64,000 nucleotides of DNA from an uncultured Gammaproteobacteria bacterium (lineage in GTDB: Bacteria > Patescibacteriota > Patescibacteriia > UBA10025 > JAHIVO01), in contig CAZQBL010000004.1 of the NCBI GenBank assembly GCA_964592105.1, positions 2,256-66,255 of the forward strand. The letters run 5' to 3'. The notes beneath the pieces are model-generated. The model did not search any database. It had not been told where the DNA came from and worked only from the letters and a program-made list of their open reading frames with translations. Of this stretch, positions 20,647-30,002 are shown in pieces. The stretch's first letter is position 1. Every line of letters starts with the position of its first letter. A program made the position numbers and the translations under genes.

Positions 20647-21190
20647 AAATCAGGTTAGTAAGTTTGCCGGTAATTTCAAAATTTGATAGGTCTTTTTGGG
20701 CCAAACTGGCAATAGGGAAATTTACACTATCGAAATACTTAAAGTTTTTGAGGGACTCCTGATAATTCAGGAGAATGTCGCGGTTGATAGCTGTTCCAGT
20801 AATTCGAAAAGAGAGCGAATCCGTATTAAACTGCAGTGACTTAAAAACAATACCCTCAGGGGAAGATTCAATTAATTTGTTTAAGAAGATAGGCCATTTG
20901 ACGTGATGTTCCTGGATGGATTTTGCCAAGGTCAGCTGGTTATTAAGTGAAATTATAGCCTCATCAACTGCCGTGACTTTGCCGAGCTCAGTGACTCGCT
21001 TCTCTTGTTCTAATTGCTCATCAATTAAACTCTCGTTATCGAGAAGTAACTGATAGGTAAAAAAAATAACTGCCGCGACAATTATAGAGAAAGTAATTAT
21101 TACTGTACCAAGGTGTTTTAAAAGCTCCCAGACTTTTATTTTGGTAACGTATTTTTTTTGTTCTAAACTGATTAGATTAAAGGAAATCAT
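20636..21190 (-). CDS. pilN: Type IV pilus assembly protein PilN-like
   Basis: ISFNLI N-terminal motif, TM, PEGIVFKSL, ITGTA; position after pilM. Confidence 0.75.
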   Translation of the reverse strand: MISFNLISLEQKKYVTKIKVWELLKHLGTVIITFSIIVAAVIFFTYQLLLDNESLIDEQLEQEKRVTELGKVTAVDEAIISLNNQLTLAKSIQEHHVKWPIFLNKLIESSPEGIVFKSLQFNTDSLSFRITGTAINRDILLNYQESLKNFKYFDSVNFPIASLAQKDLSNFEITGKLTNLIYAQ

Positions 21191-21192
21191 GA

Positions 21193-22257
21193 TTAAATTG
21201 ATTTTAGGGATAAGCCAATGGCGGTACTAAAAGACAAAAATAATTGTTTATTCAAGGCAGCAGCTGTTTTTTTGCTCATCTTTAAATTTGACCAGGGATC
21301 ACCAACAATTACATTTACTTTCAACCTTTCCCGTAAAAATGAAGAAAGACCGACCATTTGGGCCACGCTCCCGGTTAGGATAATAGTGTTGATTTTTTTA
21401 CCAGCGGATAGATATTCTTCGTAATATTCGAGGCTTTCATTAATTTTTTCGGCTAGGGCGGTGATTATCGGTTCGAGAATAGAGCGAATCGCGCCATGAC
21501 CTTTCTTTTTATCTAAGCCACAGATTTTTTTTGCTTTTTCTGCATCTTCAAAAGAAAGTTTCATTTTATCGGCAACATTTTTAGTCATGGCCGTTCCATT
21601 TATTTCCAGAGTAGTGGTAAAAATTACGCTATTCCTGTCATAGGTAGCAATATTAGTTCGGCTTTTGCCCAGATCAATAATCAGGACGGGATCGCGTACA
21701 TCCACACTTTGATCAATTAAACATCTGGCAATCGCCGATGACTCATTCTCTAAGTTAATTAAGCAAAAACCGGCGTTTTCTATGACCCGTGTATAAGATT
21801 CTACAATGTTCTTGGGTGCTACTGCCGCTACCACTTGGATTGATTTCTTTTCATCTTTTTTTAAATTGTCTATTTTATTCCAATCAAAATAAGCTTGTTC
21901 TAAGCTGATCGGAACGGTTTGTTCAATGCCCCAGGCCACTGCCCCGCGAATTTCTTCATCCGGTACATTGGGTATGGTTAGAACCTTGATAAATATTTTT
22001 TTTTCCGGTAATGAGGCATTTATAAACTGGCCTGATATTTTTCCAAAATTTGGTTTACTTAACATCTTTTTTATTAAATCAGAAACAGAGGTCTCATTTT
22101 TAATTTCACCATCAACTATCAGATTAGCTGGCACGGAAATTTCTCCAAATGCTTTGATGTCGATTTTTTTTCCCCGACTATAATGCAACTGCACAAAACG
22201 CAGTTTTAAATCGCTAATGTCAAGCCCAATTATATTTTTAAAATGGTTCGCAGACAT
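21193..22257 (-). CDS. pilM: Type IV pilus assembly protein PilM
   Basis: IGLDISD, IIDLGKSRT, ILTGS, STAIGLSL actin-like fold. Confidence 0.9.
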   Translation of the reverse strand: MSANHFKNIIGLDISDLKLRFVQLHYSRGKKIDIKAFGEISVPANLIVDGEIKNETSVSDLIKKMLSKPNFGKISGQFINASLPEKKIFIKVLTIPNVPDEEIRGAVAWGIEQTVPISLEQAYFDWNKIDNLKKDEKKSIQVVAAVAPKNIVESYTRVIENAGFCLINLENESSAIARCLIDQSVDVRDPVLIIDLGKSRTNIATYDRNSVIFTTTLEINGTAMTKNVADKMKLSFEDAEKAKKICGLDKKKGHGAIRSILEPIITALAEKINESLEYYEEYLSAGKKINTIILTGSVAQMVGLSSFLRERLKVNVIVGDPWSNLKMSKKTAAALNKQLFLSFSTAIGLSLKSI

Positions 22258-22283
22258 TGGTATTGTGGTGCTGAATAATTATA

Positions 22284-24050
22284 TCATAATTCTTCCCAGG
22301 AAATCACGCGATATTGTCCGGTCGTGGGGAAATATGGCGGTGGCGAGAAATAAAAGTTATCATCATAAATCAAATTGCGGGCGCAATACCCGGAATTGTT
22401 ATATTGACCGCCGCCGCAATTGTATAAATTGTAACCCGACCAGGCAAAACCGTATCTTTGGTAAGTACCAATGGCCCCGTTGGTGGTAATAAGTGATCGA
22501 CTCCGATAGTTAAGGCACGATGATTCACCCATTGGGTCGGCACTGCCTATTGGGTAACGTCTAAAATTTGAGGGATTTGTGGAGGTAGTAAAGCCAGCTC
22601 CGTAATAAGGTCGACCGGTTCGGCCTCGCTGGGCAATCATCGCTCCATCAATGTGAAGATCGTTTTCGCTGTAGTAGCCTACTAAAATGTTGTTTTGGGC
22701 GATTAAACCAATGGCATCAGCACCGCTGGCGTCGCTGACGGGAGTATAAGTTAGGTCACGATTTAGGTAAATATTAGCATTGCCACTGGCCAAAGGGGTT
22801 TTGGCGGCCACAATCGTCAGTCTAGCATTGTCTATGGCCCCATCTACCCAGACGTCATCCTCCACGAAAATAAGACCGTTCGGGGGAAAGGGGACTCCAA
22901 GGGCTGGGTTATTACCTTGGTAGGAAAAGTTACTTTCACTACCAGCCGCCGTGCCGATCGAATGACTTGATTGAATACAGGAAACCCCGGTAGTCACACA
23001 AGAACCAGCTCCTTGAAGCAAACAGGCTAAACTACTACTACAGGCGATGGTACTATTTCCCGAGCAATAACTACATCCCACTCCTTCACCGCCGCTGTTT
23101 TGGTAACACATCCGATTAAAATCCTGCGAGCAATATCCGAAGTCACGCCAGTTACTGCCGACCTGGTATTGGCATCTTAAAGAGCTGTTTACGATGCGCA
23201 TGTCAAGCGTACCATTGGTGTGCAGCGTTAAATGATAACCCAAACCGCCTGATGGACCGAGGTAAATACCGTTTGGTGGTTGAGCTGCTGTCTGCATATC
23301 ACTTAGGTCACTTGTTATGCCATTAAAATCAATGGTTGGGACGCCGATATATCGGCCAGCCATAAAGATGTCGGGTCGGTTAGGCATTGAGTTTGGTGGC
23401 GCCTCTGCGGCCCGGAACGTATCGTTAATATTAGTGCCTGGTCCAGTATCTGTATCATGGGTATGCACACCGTATTCGTTAGCGCCGGTATGGTCAGGAT
23501 CGTTATAGTTATTGGTATGACTTGAAACTTGATTATGTGCTAAGCCATCGAAGCGAATACCACTATTGGAATGAATTGGGCCAAAAACTTCCGTGCCTTC
23601 GCCAAAACGCATCACGTCGTTGGCGGCCACTGCGTAATTGGTAAAAGATGGTATGCCCATGCGTACCGCAATTGTTTTTGTGAGCAAAGGTTTTTCGGTG
23701 GTATGGCCAGTTGACAAAATATTAACAATAGTTGAACCATTTGACGGTGGAGTAATATCTAAAACAAATTGTCCAATCAAATCTCCGGCGGCGTTAAAAT
23801 AATTATGAGTGTATGGACCTGGTTGGGATGTGCCGTCTTGATAATCATTCTGGGCATGGGCCAAATGCCAGCGGTAGTATTCTATGCCTGCTTCGGCAAT
23901 ATTAAAACTTACAGTTTTGTATTTTTTTTGACTGGATAGTTTTGCCTGACTGCCGACAAAGGTAGTAGCTACAATGGCTAAAGCAACAAATAAAGTCATG
24001 GTGATCAGGACAGGAATATAGATATTACCTTTTTGTTGTTTTTTTGTCAT
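22284..24050 (-). CDS. PilX-like minor pilin/adhesin with cysteine-rich insert
   Basis: KGNIYIPVLI leader, FNIAEAGIEYYRWHL, GPIHSNSGI, PPPYFP...ISWEE C-terminus. Confidence 0.75.
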   Translation of the reverse strand: MTKKQQKGNIYIPVLITMTLFVALAIVATTFVGSQAKLSSQKKYKTVSFNIAEAGIEYYRWHLAHAQNDYQDGTSQPGPYTHNYFNAAGDLIGQFVLDITPPSNGSTIVNILSTGHTTEKPLLTKTIAVRMGIPSFTNYAVAANDVMRFGEGTEVFGPIHSNSGIRFDGLAHNQVSSHTNNYNDPDHTGANEYGVHTHDTDTGPGTNINDTFRAAEAPPNSMPNRPDIFMAGRYIGVPTIDFNGITSDLSDMQTAAQPPNGIYLGPSGGLGYHLTLHTNGTLDMRIVNSSLRCQYQVGSNWRDFGYCSQDFNRMCYQNSGGEGVGCSYCSGNSTIACSSSLACLLQGAGSCVTTGVSCIQSSHSIGTAAGSESNFSYQGNNPALGVPFPPNGLIFVEDDVWVDGAIDNARLTIVAAKTPLASGNANIYLNRDLTYTPVSDASGADAIGLIAQNNILVGYYSENDLHIDGAMIAQRGRTGRPYYGAGFTTSTNPSNFRRYPIGSADPMGESSCLNYRSRSLITTNGAIGTYQRYGFAWSGYNLYNCGGGQYNNSGYCARNLIYDDNFYFSPPPYFPTTGQYRVISWEEL

Positions 24051-24054
24051 GTGT

Positions 24055-24669
24055 TTATAGATTGTCCTTTAGATTTCGCAAAGTTACATTTGTTTCCAAT
24101 TCTAAGGGCGACGGCGTTCTACCTGGGTCGTAATCAATTAATAAATGTAGTTTAATCAATCGGACATCTCCTAATGGAATTGGTTCAGACAAGGCGGCCG
24201 AAGTGCCAGTATAAGAGTCATCATAATACTGAAACACTGGGCCGGTATTTACAATATTCTTAACAATAACTGTTTTGGTTGAGTCGGAAAATGCGGGATA
24301 TTGTGGTGGGACGGAAGAGCTCGACTTGGCAAACCAGCGATATAATATTCCGTTTTGCAATTCATACTTTACCTTTTCCCGTTTATTATCACTGTCAATA
24401 TTTGAGAAAAAAATAAGGGTGTCTGAGTCGGCGCTTTCAATAGCGTAAGAACCATTATCGGCTATTTGCATTTCCCGAATTTCGCCCACGATACTCTGAA
24501 ATGCGGTGCGTGCTTGGTCCTGAGCTTTTATATGATCCTGAGTTACATTCCACAGGCGTAAACCCCAAACAGTCGCTGTACCAAGGCCAATACCGATTAA
24601 TGAAATAATACTTATAACAGTAATCATTTCAATTAAAGTAAAGCCGTTAATGTGTTTTATTTTTCTCAT
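24055..24669 (-). CDS. Prepilin-type minor pilin (PilW-like)
   Basis: Class III signal G|FTLIEM, C-terminal VTLRNL. Confidence 0.85.
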   Translation of the reverse strand: MRKIKHINGFTLIEMITVISIISLIGIGLGTATVWGLRLWNVTQDHIKAQDQARTAFQSIVGEIREMQIADNGSYAIESADSDTLIFFSNIDSDNKREKVKYELQNGILYRWFAKSSSSVPPQYPAFSDSTKTVIVKNIVNTGPVFQYYDDSYTGTSAALSEPIPLGDVRLIKLHLLIDYDPGRTPSPLELETNVTLRNLKDNL

Positions 24670-26981
24670 GGAGTTGGACTCAGTATAATTTGTTGAGTTG
24701 TGTACCCGTTGACATCTATCGTTTGTGTTTCAGTTTGATAGCCGGATAAACTAATTTCAGCAGTGTAAGATGCAGCAGTTAAGTTTTTGAAATAAACCTG
24801 TCCCGGGGGTAAACATGCCAGAGTATAACCGATGCTAATATCAGTCACAGTGGGCGAATAGTAAACATCCGAGGTTCCCAGAATAATTTTGTAGCGCAGA
24901 TATTGATGTCCATTATGACTGTCGTGAAGATCAGCATTATTATTTACGTAATAGGTAGCGCCTGTACCATCAGGGCCAACAAAATCCCAGCTGGCTGGAT
25001 TTTGTTCTGCGCTCGTGGCAATTTGAAATTTAACGCTATCGGCACCGGTTTCGGCTGATTGAATACTCGGTTGCCAATTTATTGAGGTAAAGGTGGCAAC
25101 TGAGCCAAGATTAAAAGTTGAAGAAACCAGCTCGCCAGTATCGTCGTAAAATTCTAAAGTATAATTTAGTGTGAGATTTTTTACTTTTGGGGTTTTATTG
25201 GCATCAGAAGAAATCAATTCTATTCGCCAGCGTAAATCGCTACCAATATTGGTAAAGTCGTGCGCTGTGCCGAGCGTGACGTTTTCAAAATGCAATCCGC
25301 CATCGGCTGACAAAAAATAATTAACAGTTTGGTCATTACGTTCTTCAATAGCAGTCAATGTGGCGGAAATTATTTTGCCATGCTGGTTGTTGATTTTTAT
25401 AGATTGGCCGAACTGACTAACGCCGACTGGATAGTGGCCAGCCTCGGTGGTTAAGCGCAGATCTTGATTGGCTGGTTCAGTATTCCAATCGGCAGAGGTA
25501 GCTGAGGATTCTCTGTAGGAATCGGTGGCAAATGTCTCCGTGAAAGTCGGTGAAGTGGTGTTTTTATGTAAAGTAAGTTGACCTGTGGTTGAGATTGTAT
25601 CCAGATGAGTATTGTCGGAAAAATACTTATTGATAACAGTAAAGTCGGTTTGTCCAGACCCGCCTGACCAGTCAGTTTGTTTGATGAAGCCGTGACCAGT
25701 TATTTTGGTCTCATCATAGCCTGTTCTAGTCAAGCGTACTGTGACATCTGATAAACTGGTGCCGCTGGAATCCTTGACCGTAATTAATAATGAATTATCG
25801 GTATGGCTAGCTAGTAGAACATTAAGTGTCGTGTTAGTATTTGGAAAAATATTAAGGGCTAGATCATGATTAATGCCGGCGATGTCATAGCCAGAGCTGT
25901 TAACCACCAAGTCGTAGAGATCCCATTCCAAATCATTTTTGCTCCATTGACCAAGGGCATTGGTTTGAAAAGGAAAAACATTTTTTAGAATGCTTGAGGG
26001 CGGTTCACTTACCGTTTTAACACCTTGAAGGGTAAAATTGATATTTGGCTTTATGGAGCAGTTTTCGTCGAAACTATTTACCGCCAAGGTGCTGGTACGA
26101 TCGATGGCAAAGCTTATTTCTTCATACTGACCCGAGTTAATAGTGACGTTTTCTTTGATAGGGTCGGGATTACCTAAAGCATCGGTACAGCCATTGCCTG
26201 CGGCATCAACCGAACAAGTACGGTCGCTGCTGTAACCGCTTTTTGAGACTTTGATTACATAATTTGCTGCGGGGGTCATATCTAGCAGCAAAACATTGCC
26301 AAACGAATCTGTGTTGAACGTCCGGTCATAAGTTGGGACTATCGTTGAATTAGTAATATGGATACTGGCCTCGTCGATGGGAGCACCGGAGGCGTCAAAT
26401 ACTTTGACTAACAAAAAACCGTTGGTGGTGCTTCCCTCTAATCCTTTGGGCGCGATTATTGTTGATAGTTTTACTGGCTGACCGGTGTAATAGGAATCCC
26501 AGGTAACAGTGACGTCGGCCTTTTTGTAGTCAGCAGGATTATTGTTGTAAGTAGGAATATCCTGCGGCTTATTAACTTCAGTCCCGTCAGCGCATTTTGA
26601 CCATTCGCTTGGATCTTTGGGAGGCGTAGGTGCGCCCACGCATCCGTCAAAAGGATCGTCAACGTAAGTAATAAGCGTATTAACGGTAAAATTTATATTT
26701 GAGCGTAATATAGAACGACTGTCCGCTAAAGTTCCGGCGGGTGAGCCGTTGACGGTACCGACATTGGCATATGTCAGATTACGGATAATTTCCATTTGCT
26801 CGGCGGCAATATCGGTTGCCACTATTTTTGCCCGGGACGTATTAAGTTGTTTGATGGCTGTTTGAAAAACGGTTAGCATGGTCATGAACATCATAGTAAA
26901 AACTAGTAAAACAACTATGACTTCAACCAAAGAATAGCCTATCGTATTGTATTTTAATAATTTAATTTTTATTTTTGGCAT
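24666..26981 (-). CDS. Large prepilin-type protein (PilV-like N-terminus) with carboxypeptidase-regulatory-like Ig domains
   Basis: G|YSLVEV leader, AAEQMEIIRNL, DYKKADVTVTW, VKVFDASGAPIDEASIHI...SKSGYS. Confidence 0.8.
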   Translation of the reverse strand: MPKIKIKLLKYNTIGYSLVEVIVVLLVFTMMFMTMLTVFQTAIKQLNTSRAKIVATDIAAEQMEIIRNLTYANVGTVNGSPAGTLADSRSILRSNINFTVNTLITYVDDPFDGCVGAPTPPKDPSEWSKCADGTEVNKPQDIPTYNNNPADYKKADVTVTWDSYYTGQPVKLSTIIAPKGLEGSTTNGFLLVKVFDASGAPIDEASIHITNSTIVPTYDRTFNTDSFGNVLLLDMTPAANYVIKVSKSGYSSDRTCSVDAAGNGCTDALGNPDPIKENVTINSGQYEEISFAIDRTSTLAVNSFDENCSIKPNINFTLQGVKTVSEPPSSILKNVFPFQTNALGQWSKNDLEWDLYDLVVNSSGYDIAGINHDLALNIFPNTNTTLNVLLASHTDNSLLITVKDSSGTSLSDVTVRLTRTGYDETKITGHGFIKQTDWSGGSGQTDFTVINKYFSDNTHLDTISTTGQLTLHKNTTSPTFTETFATDSYRESSATSADWNTEPANQDLRLTTEAGHYPVGVSQFGQSIKINNQHGKIISATLTAIEERNDQTVNYFLSADGGLHFENVTLGTAHDFTNIGSDLRWRIELISSDANKTPKVKNLTLNYTLEFYDDTGELVSSTFNLGSVATFTSINWQPSIQSAETGADSVKFQIATSAEQNPASWDFVGPDGTGATYYVNNNADLHDSHNGHQYLRYKIILGTSDVYYSPTVTDISIGYTLACLPPGQVYFKNLTAASYTAEISLSGYQTETQTIDVNGYTTQQIILSPTP

Positions 26982-26984
26982 ATT

Positions 26985-28202
26985 TTAAATAGCCTGAACT
27001 AAGCCGTACATTGGCATTAAGACCGCTAAAGCCACAACGGCCACAACGCCGCCTATTACAAGCATCAAGATGGGTTCGATAATTGAGGATAAACCGCTCA
27101 TAGTTTGATCGACATCATCTTCATAGAAGTTAGCAATTTCTTCAGAAATGCTATCAAGTGTACCGCTTTCTTCGCCAACGGAAATCATCTGAGTGACTAC
27201 CGGCGGAAAAATTTTGGGCTTTGTTTCCAGTGTTTTTACAATAGAAATGCCTTTTTTAACGCTTTCCGAAGCTTCAACCATGGCTTCAATATAAAAACTG
27301 TTGCCCAGCGTTTTAGAAATTATTTGAAAAGTTTGAACAATGGGAATATCGGTTTTCAATAAAGAACTTAAAGTCCGAGTAAATCTGGCCAAGTTGATTT
27401 TTTTGATTATGTTACCAAGCAATGGCATTTTTAGCATAATAGTATCCCAATATTTTTTACCTTTTTTTGTTTTTTTGAATCGTAAAAAAGCGTAGGCTAA
27501 GACTGCCACACCAATGCCAATAAATATGCCTTGATGAGTCATTAGATTACTGACAAAAATGAGAATTTTGGTGGGCAGTGGCAGGTCTAATTGTGACTCC
27601 GTGTAAATGGAGGTTATCTGAGGGACTACCGTTATCATCATCACGATTCCAATTCCAATCATGGCGACTACCACGACAGTTGGGTACATCATGGCCGATC
27701 TGACTTTGGCTATCAAAGCATGTTCTTTTCTCATTTGATTGGTTAAATATCCTAAAACTTCATCAAGTTTACCACTGGCCTCTCCGGCAGCGATCATGTT
27801 GACGAATAATTCAGAAAAAATTCCCGGATGTTTTGATAAAGCGTTAGAAAATGAAACACCATTTTCAACATCGGCCTTAATTTCCAGTATTGCAGTTTGC
27901 AGTTTTTTGTTTGATGATTGCTGGGACAGAGTATTGAGGGCCATGGCTAAGGAAAAACCGGTTTTGATCATAACTGACAGGTTTTGTGTAAAAAATATTT
28001 TTTGGACAGCGGGAACCCTGGAAAGTTTGTTAAATATATTTTGGAGGGAAAACTTACCGCCTTTGTGTATTTCCTTGGCCGTCGTTAGAATAAGTCCTTG
28101 ATTTTTTAAATAATCGGACAGCGCCTTCTCGTCCTTAGCCCGAAAACGGTCCTTTTTTAGTTTACCGTTTTGGGTTCTGGCTGTGTATAAATATTCTGGC
28201 AT
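26985..28202 (-). CDS. pilC: Type IV pilus platform protein PilC (T2SS F family)
   Basis: AGEASGKL, AMMYP, VGEESGTL, IEPILM. Confidence 0.93.
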   Translation of the reverse strand: MPEYLYTARTQNGKLKKDRFRAKDEKALSDYLKNQGLILTTAKEIHKGGKFSLQNIFNKLSRVPAVQKIFFTQNLSVMIKTGFSLAMALNTLSQQSSNKKLQTAILEIKADVENGVSFSNALSKHPGIFSELFVNMIAAGEASGKLDEVLGYLTNQMRKEHALIAKVRSAMMYPTVVVVAMIGIGIVMMITVVPQITSIYTESQLDLPLPTKILIFVSNLMTHQGIFIGIGVAVLAYAFLRFKKTKKGKKYWDTIMLKMPLLGNIIKKINLARFTRTLSSLLKTDIPIVQTFQIISKTLGNSFYIEAMVEASESVKKGISIVKTLETKPKIFPPVVTQMISVGEESGTLDSISEEIANFYEDDVDQTMSGLSSIIEPILMLVIGGVVAVVALAVLMPMYGLVQAI

Positions 28203-28207
28203 GTTTT

Positions 28208-29941
28208 TTACTCCTGAGTCGCTCTTAAAATTTCTTCTATGGTAGTCACACCGTTTTTTGCTTTAATAAATCCGTCCTGAAGCATGGTTAGCATACCATG
28301 GTCGGTGGCAACCTTCATGATGTTGGCCGCTGTATCGCGATTAATGATCATCTGTGATATTTCTTTGGTAACTTCCAAAACCTCGAAAATTCCGATGCGT
28401 CCTTTATACCCGGTATTATTACATTGTTTACAACCTTTGCCTTTGTAAAACAGGAAAGATTCGATCGGCGCTTTTGACGATAAAATAATTCCTTGGGACT
28501 CCAAAATTTTGAAAATTGCCTCAAAATTAAGTCTTTTTTTCAAATCGTCGACGGCTTTTTTACTTAAGGTATAACTTTGTATACAGTTCATGCATATTTT
28601 TCTGACCAATCGCTGGGCCACCACGATGTTTGTCGTCGACGCAATCAAAAATGGTGGGACGCCCATTTCTTCCAAGCGGGGCAAAGTTGTTACGGCGTCA
28701 TTAGTATGGAGTGTGGAGAGGACCAAGTGCCCGGTCATGGCCGCGTGAGTGGCAATTTCCGCAGTTTCTCCATCTCTAATTTCTCCGACCATGATAATAT
28801 TTGGATCTTGTCTTAGTAGGGCCCTTAGTCCACTGGCAAAGGTAAAGCCTATTTTTGGATTTACCTGACTTTGGTTGACCCGGGGCATCCGATATTCAAT
28901 AGGATCTTCAATGGTAGAAATATTTACACCAGGGTTATTTAATAGTCCCAAAATTGTATATAAGGTAGTGGTTTTGCCACTGCCGGTTGGACCAGTAACC
29001 AATAACATACCCTGCGGTTTTTTCAGGTTTTTATTTACTATTTCCAGCGCATTTAACTGGAAGCCGATTTGTTCCAATGATAAAATTTTCATTGATTCGT
29101 TGAGTAGGCGCATTACTATTTTTTCGCCGTCAAATACCGGAATAATCGAAACTCGGAAAGAAATTTTATAATCAGACGTTGAAATTTTAAAACGTCCGTC
29201 CTGCGGCAAACGATGCTCGTCAATTTTCAAATTTGATAGTATTTTTATTCTGGCGGTTACTCCGGGCTGAAGATTTTTGGGTAGGTGCATGACTTCGCGC
29301 AAAATACCATCAATCCGATATCTAACTACAATGTCGGTTTCGGTTGGTTCGATATGAATATCAGAAGCACCCTCAAATATTGCATATTCCAACAAGGTAT
29401 CGACAATTCTAATGATGGGCAGGTCTTGAGCCAATTGCTTTAAATCTTCTGGTTTTTCAGGACTGCCTGTAGTAATTTCGCCTGTCGTTATTTTTTTAAA
29501 TTCCGAGGAAAGACCTTTGTGGAACAATGAGAGTATTTCTTTTATACTTGTTGGGCTGGTCATGTGAACTCTGACAGCCAAGCCGGTTTTCTTTTTTAAA
29601 AATTCGATTATTTCTAGGTTTTTTGGATCCAGAGTGGCGATTTTCAGCTCGGTTTCATTTTTGTCAAAAACTATAGTTTGATAGGTCTGAGCCACTGATT
29701 CAGGAATGAGCGTTAAAATGTCTTTTCGAATATTCATCCGGCGAAGGTCAATAAAGGGGATTTTATAGTAATTACCAATTGTCTCATAGAGAATGTTTTC
29801 AGAGACTATGTTTTTGTTAATTAAATAAGAGGCCAGATCAACCTTCTCTACTTGAGAACGTCGCCGTGCCTCTTGATATTGCTCCTTGGGAATAATATTT
29901 GTGTTTTGCAGAATTTTATCTAATTCCGCGAGTGGAATCAT
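28208..29941 (-). CDS. pilB: Type IV pilus assembly ATPase PilB (GspE family)
   Basis: ASDIHIEP, RLPQDGR, GPTGSGKTTT, TIEDPIEY, LRQDPNIIMVGEIRD, Zn-binding CxxC pairs. Confidence 0.95.
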   Translation of the reverse strand: MIPLAELDKILQNTNIIPKEQYQEARRRSQVEKVDLASYLINKNIVSENILYETIGNYYKIPFIDLRRMNIRKDILTLIPESVAQTYQTIVFDKNETELKIATLDPKNLEIIEFLKKKTGLAVRVHMTSPTSIKEILSLFHKGLSSEFKKITTGEITTGSPEKPEDLKQLAQDLPIIRIVDTLLEYAIFEGASDIHIEPTETDIVVRYRIDGILREVMHLPKNLQPGVTARIKILSNLKIDEHRLPQDGRFKISTSDYKISFRVSIIPVFDGEKIVMRLLNESMKILSLEQIGFQLNALEIVNKNLKKPQGMLLVTGPTGSGKTTTLYTILGLLNNPGVNISTIEDPIEYRMPRVNQSQVNPKIGFTFASGLRALLRQDPNIIMVGEIRDGETAEIATHAAMTGHLVLSTLHTNDAVTTLPRLEEMGVPPFLIASTTNIVVAQRLVRKICMNCIQSYTLSKKAVDDLKKRLNFEAIFKILESQGIILSSKAPIESFLFYKGKGCKQCNNTGYKGRIGIFEVLEVTKEISQMIINRDTAANIMKVATDHGMLTMLQDGFIKAKNGVTTIEEILRATQE

Positions 29942-30002
29942 ATGTATTTTGATATTTTGACAAGCTGTTATATTATATCATAAATATTACATATAGTCAA
30001 AA

